This document shows, one piece after another, positions 61,839 to 64,000 of a stretch of DNA of 64,000 nucleotides (positions within the stretch are counted from its first letter, which is position 1; every line of letters begins with the position of its first letter). The notes beneath the pieces were generated by a model. It was given only the letters and a program-made list of their open reading frames with translations. It was not told the DNA's origin and did no database searches. The stretch lies in assembly GCF_011386835.1 (NCBI RefSeq), contig NC_088813.1, positions 13,516,001-13,580,000 of the forward strand, read 5' to 3'. A program made the position numbers and the translations under genes. This stretch comes from Chrysemys picta bellii. Lineage: Eukaryota.

Positions 61839-63065
61839 CTGAAGAGAGAGAAGACAGATTCATTCAAGGCATGGGAAATCTCAAGGGAGCTGCTGGCTAC
61901 CAAGAAGAGTGTGTATCGTCTTTCGTGGATGCAGTATCTCTGCAGTGCCTGGGGCTTTTGGCCATTCAGTGGAGGCTGCCTTGTAAAGGGGGGCAGGGGC
62001 CCTGTTTGTCACAAACTGGGGCTAAAAGGAGGCGCTTTCCCATTCATAACCCTGGGAACGTGGCTGGTTGTAAAGTGATCACAGGGTCAGCACTGTAACA
62101 TATTTACTTTCAGTTGGCTTCACAGATCTTAGGGCTAGAAGCCATAATTCTGATCCTCTCGACCAACCTCCTGCATATTGATTTCACATCCGATTCCTGC
62201 ATCCAGCCTCATCTTTTGTAGCTGAAGTAGAGCAGATCTTTCAATTGATTAACGAACGACGACAACAACAAACCTGTAGAACTTATGCCCCTTTAGCAGC
62301 TTTCTGCTTTCCACAGGGAAAACCCTGTTTTCATGGTTTTACTCTGCTTTGCGAGGAGGTGTAGTTGTTAGAATCTTTTATCTGATTGTGGCTTTAGTCT
62401 AGGACACAGATCTGGCCAAGTAAATACCATTATGTGCTATAGGAGGTGATCTGAAAGGCACTGCGGTTACCCCAACCTACAAGCCTGGTGAGCTGGCTAG
62501 AGGAGGGTCTGGGTTGAATTCTTGTACACGTGTTCTACAAGGAAATCAGTGAATCCGGCCCCCTTTGCATCCAGTAAGCTACTGCACCACCCACCAGTTG
62601 GTGGGGAAGATGAAGAGTGGGTAGTCTGTGAAACGCTGGCAGCTGACCCTCCAAGTGAATGAGGCAAGAGGGAAAGTCCCCTGCCTTGGAGTAGTTCTGG
62701 AGAGACCAGCCTCCCCTAGGAACCCACCTCCTACTCAACCTTTTATTTTAGTTTAATGCATCCAGTAGGGAAACCTGAAATGTGTTTTGTTAGGAATGAA
62801 AAGTTTGTGGCAAGTCACCGATCCTCCCCTGATGAGATAATGTAGAAGACGATGTGAGAAGATTCTCATAGTACTTCTCAGGTAAGTTTTCCCCTCCAGA
62901 GGGTTTTTCTGCATAAGGGAAAAAGTAGGCCCTAAGTAAAGCAGTGGAGATATTTGGTAGTATGCACAGTTAAGTGCGCCAATACCTTGATGCCTGGCAA
63001 ACTACAAGACGACTAGTTCAAACCGGAATTATTTTGGGGAAGTTCTCTAGCCTGTTACAGAGAAG

Positions 63066-63735
63066 GTCATAGATTCTAAGGCCAGAAGGGACCATTGTGA
63101 TCATCTAGTCTGACTTCCTGTATGGTACAGGCCAGAGAACTTCCCCAAAATAATTCCTAGAGCAGAGCTTTCAGAAAACATCCAATCTTGATTTAAAAAT
63201 TGTCAGTGATGGAGAATCCACCGTGACCCTGGGTAAATTGTGCCAACGGTTCATTACTCTCTCTGTTAAAAATGTATGCCTTATTTCCAGTCTAAATTTG
63301 TCTAGCTTCAACTTCCAGCCGTTGGATCATGTTAGACCTTTCTCGGATAGACTGAAGGAGCCCATTATTATTAAATATTTGCTCCCCATATAGGTACTTA
63401 TAGACTGTGATCAAGTCACCTCTTAACCTTCTTTTTGTTAAACTAACTGGATTGTGCTCTTAGTCTATCACTAGGCAGGTTTTCTAATGATTTAATCATT
63501 CTCATGGCTGTTCTCTGAACCCTCTCCAATTTATCAACATCCTTCTGGAATTGTGGGCATCAGACCTGGACACAGCATTCCAGCCACGGTTACACTAGTG
63601 CCAAATACAAAGGTAAAATAACTTCCCTACTTTTACTCGAGAGTCCCCTGTTTATGCATCCCAGGATCACATCAGCTCTTTCGGCCACAGCATCACACTG
63701 GGAGCTCATGTTCAGCAGATTATCCCCCCATGACT
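63066..63735 (-). mobile_element. CR1 LINE 3' fragment in the TSSK3 intron
   Basis: Reverse-complement CR1 3' end (ATAGATTCTAAGGCCAGAAGGGACC...), followed by a short + strand CR1 end at ~63737-63775. Confidence 0.88.
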
Positions 63736-63825
63736 GGATGATCAGAGTGGTCCCTTGTGGCCTTAGAGTCTATAAATATTCCTCAACCATCTAACCCAGA
63801 ATCGTCTCCCAGAGCTGCCTCTTAC

Positions 63826-63970
63826 CTTCCGGGCCCCCCATCTTATCAATAATTTTAACTGCCACTTTCTGCTGGTGCTTTTTTGAGAAGGCCTCTTTCA
63901 CTTTTGAGTACGTCCCCTCCCCAATGGTCTTGCCCAGCTGGTAGCCATTGGAGAATAAAAACTCCTCCAT
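63826..63970 (-). CDS. TSSK3: TSSK3 exon 1
   Basis: MEEFLFSNGYQLGKTIGEGTYSKVKEAFSKKHQQKVAVKIIDKMGGPE G|gtaaga (145 nt). Confidence 0.97.
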
Positions 63971-64000
63971 CTCCTCTCTGAATTTTGGACTGGTCATTCT

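Noticed and set aside
57096-64000. FAM229A, which neighbours TSSK3 in mammals
   Set aside because: No recognisable coding exon in the window; it would be expected further right.

Overview
Vertebrate genomic DNA, most likely a turtle (inferred from the repeat families: CR1 LINEs, Penelope-type terminal repeats, hAT and Harbinger MITEs, AmnSINE1, LF-SINE). It is syntenic with human 1p35. Left to right: a CpG island that is probably the 5' end of ZBTB8A (- strand, coding exons outside the window); complete ZBTB8B (- strand, 3 coding exons, 479 aa); an intronless Olig-family bHLH gene (+, 224 aa) with TATA box and polyA signal, best read as olig4; complete BSDC1 (+, 11 coding exons, 456 aa); and complete TSSK3 (- strand, 2 exons, 268 aa). 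Two observations stand out. First, there is an apparently intact olig4-like gene between ZBTB8B and BSDC1, where I know of no mammalian gene. Second, two families of Penelope-type terminal repeats carry minimal type I hammerhead ribozyme motifs with a palindromic AGCU stem III and covarying stem I; some are very young, with target-site duplications and perfect fold-back arms. There is an assembly gap at 6878-7013. Homology calls come from recall of family sequences, not from database searches.
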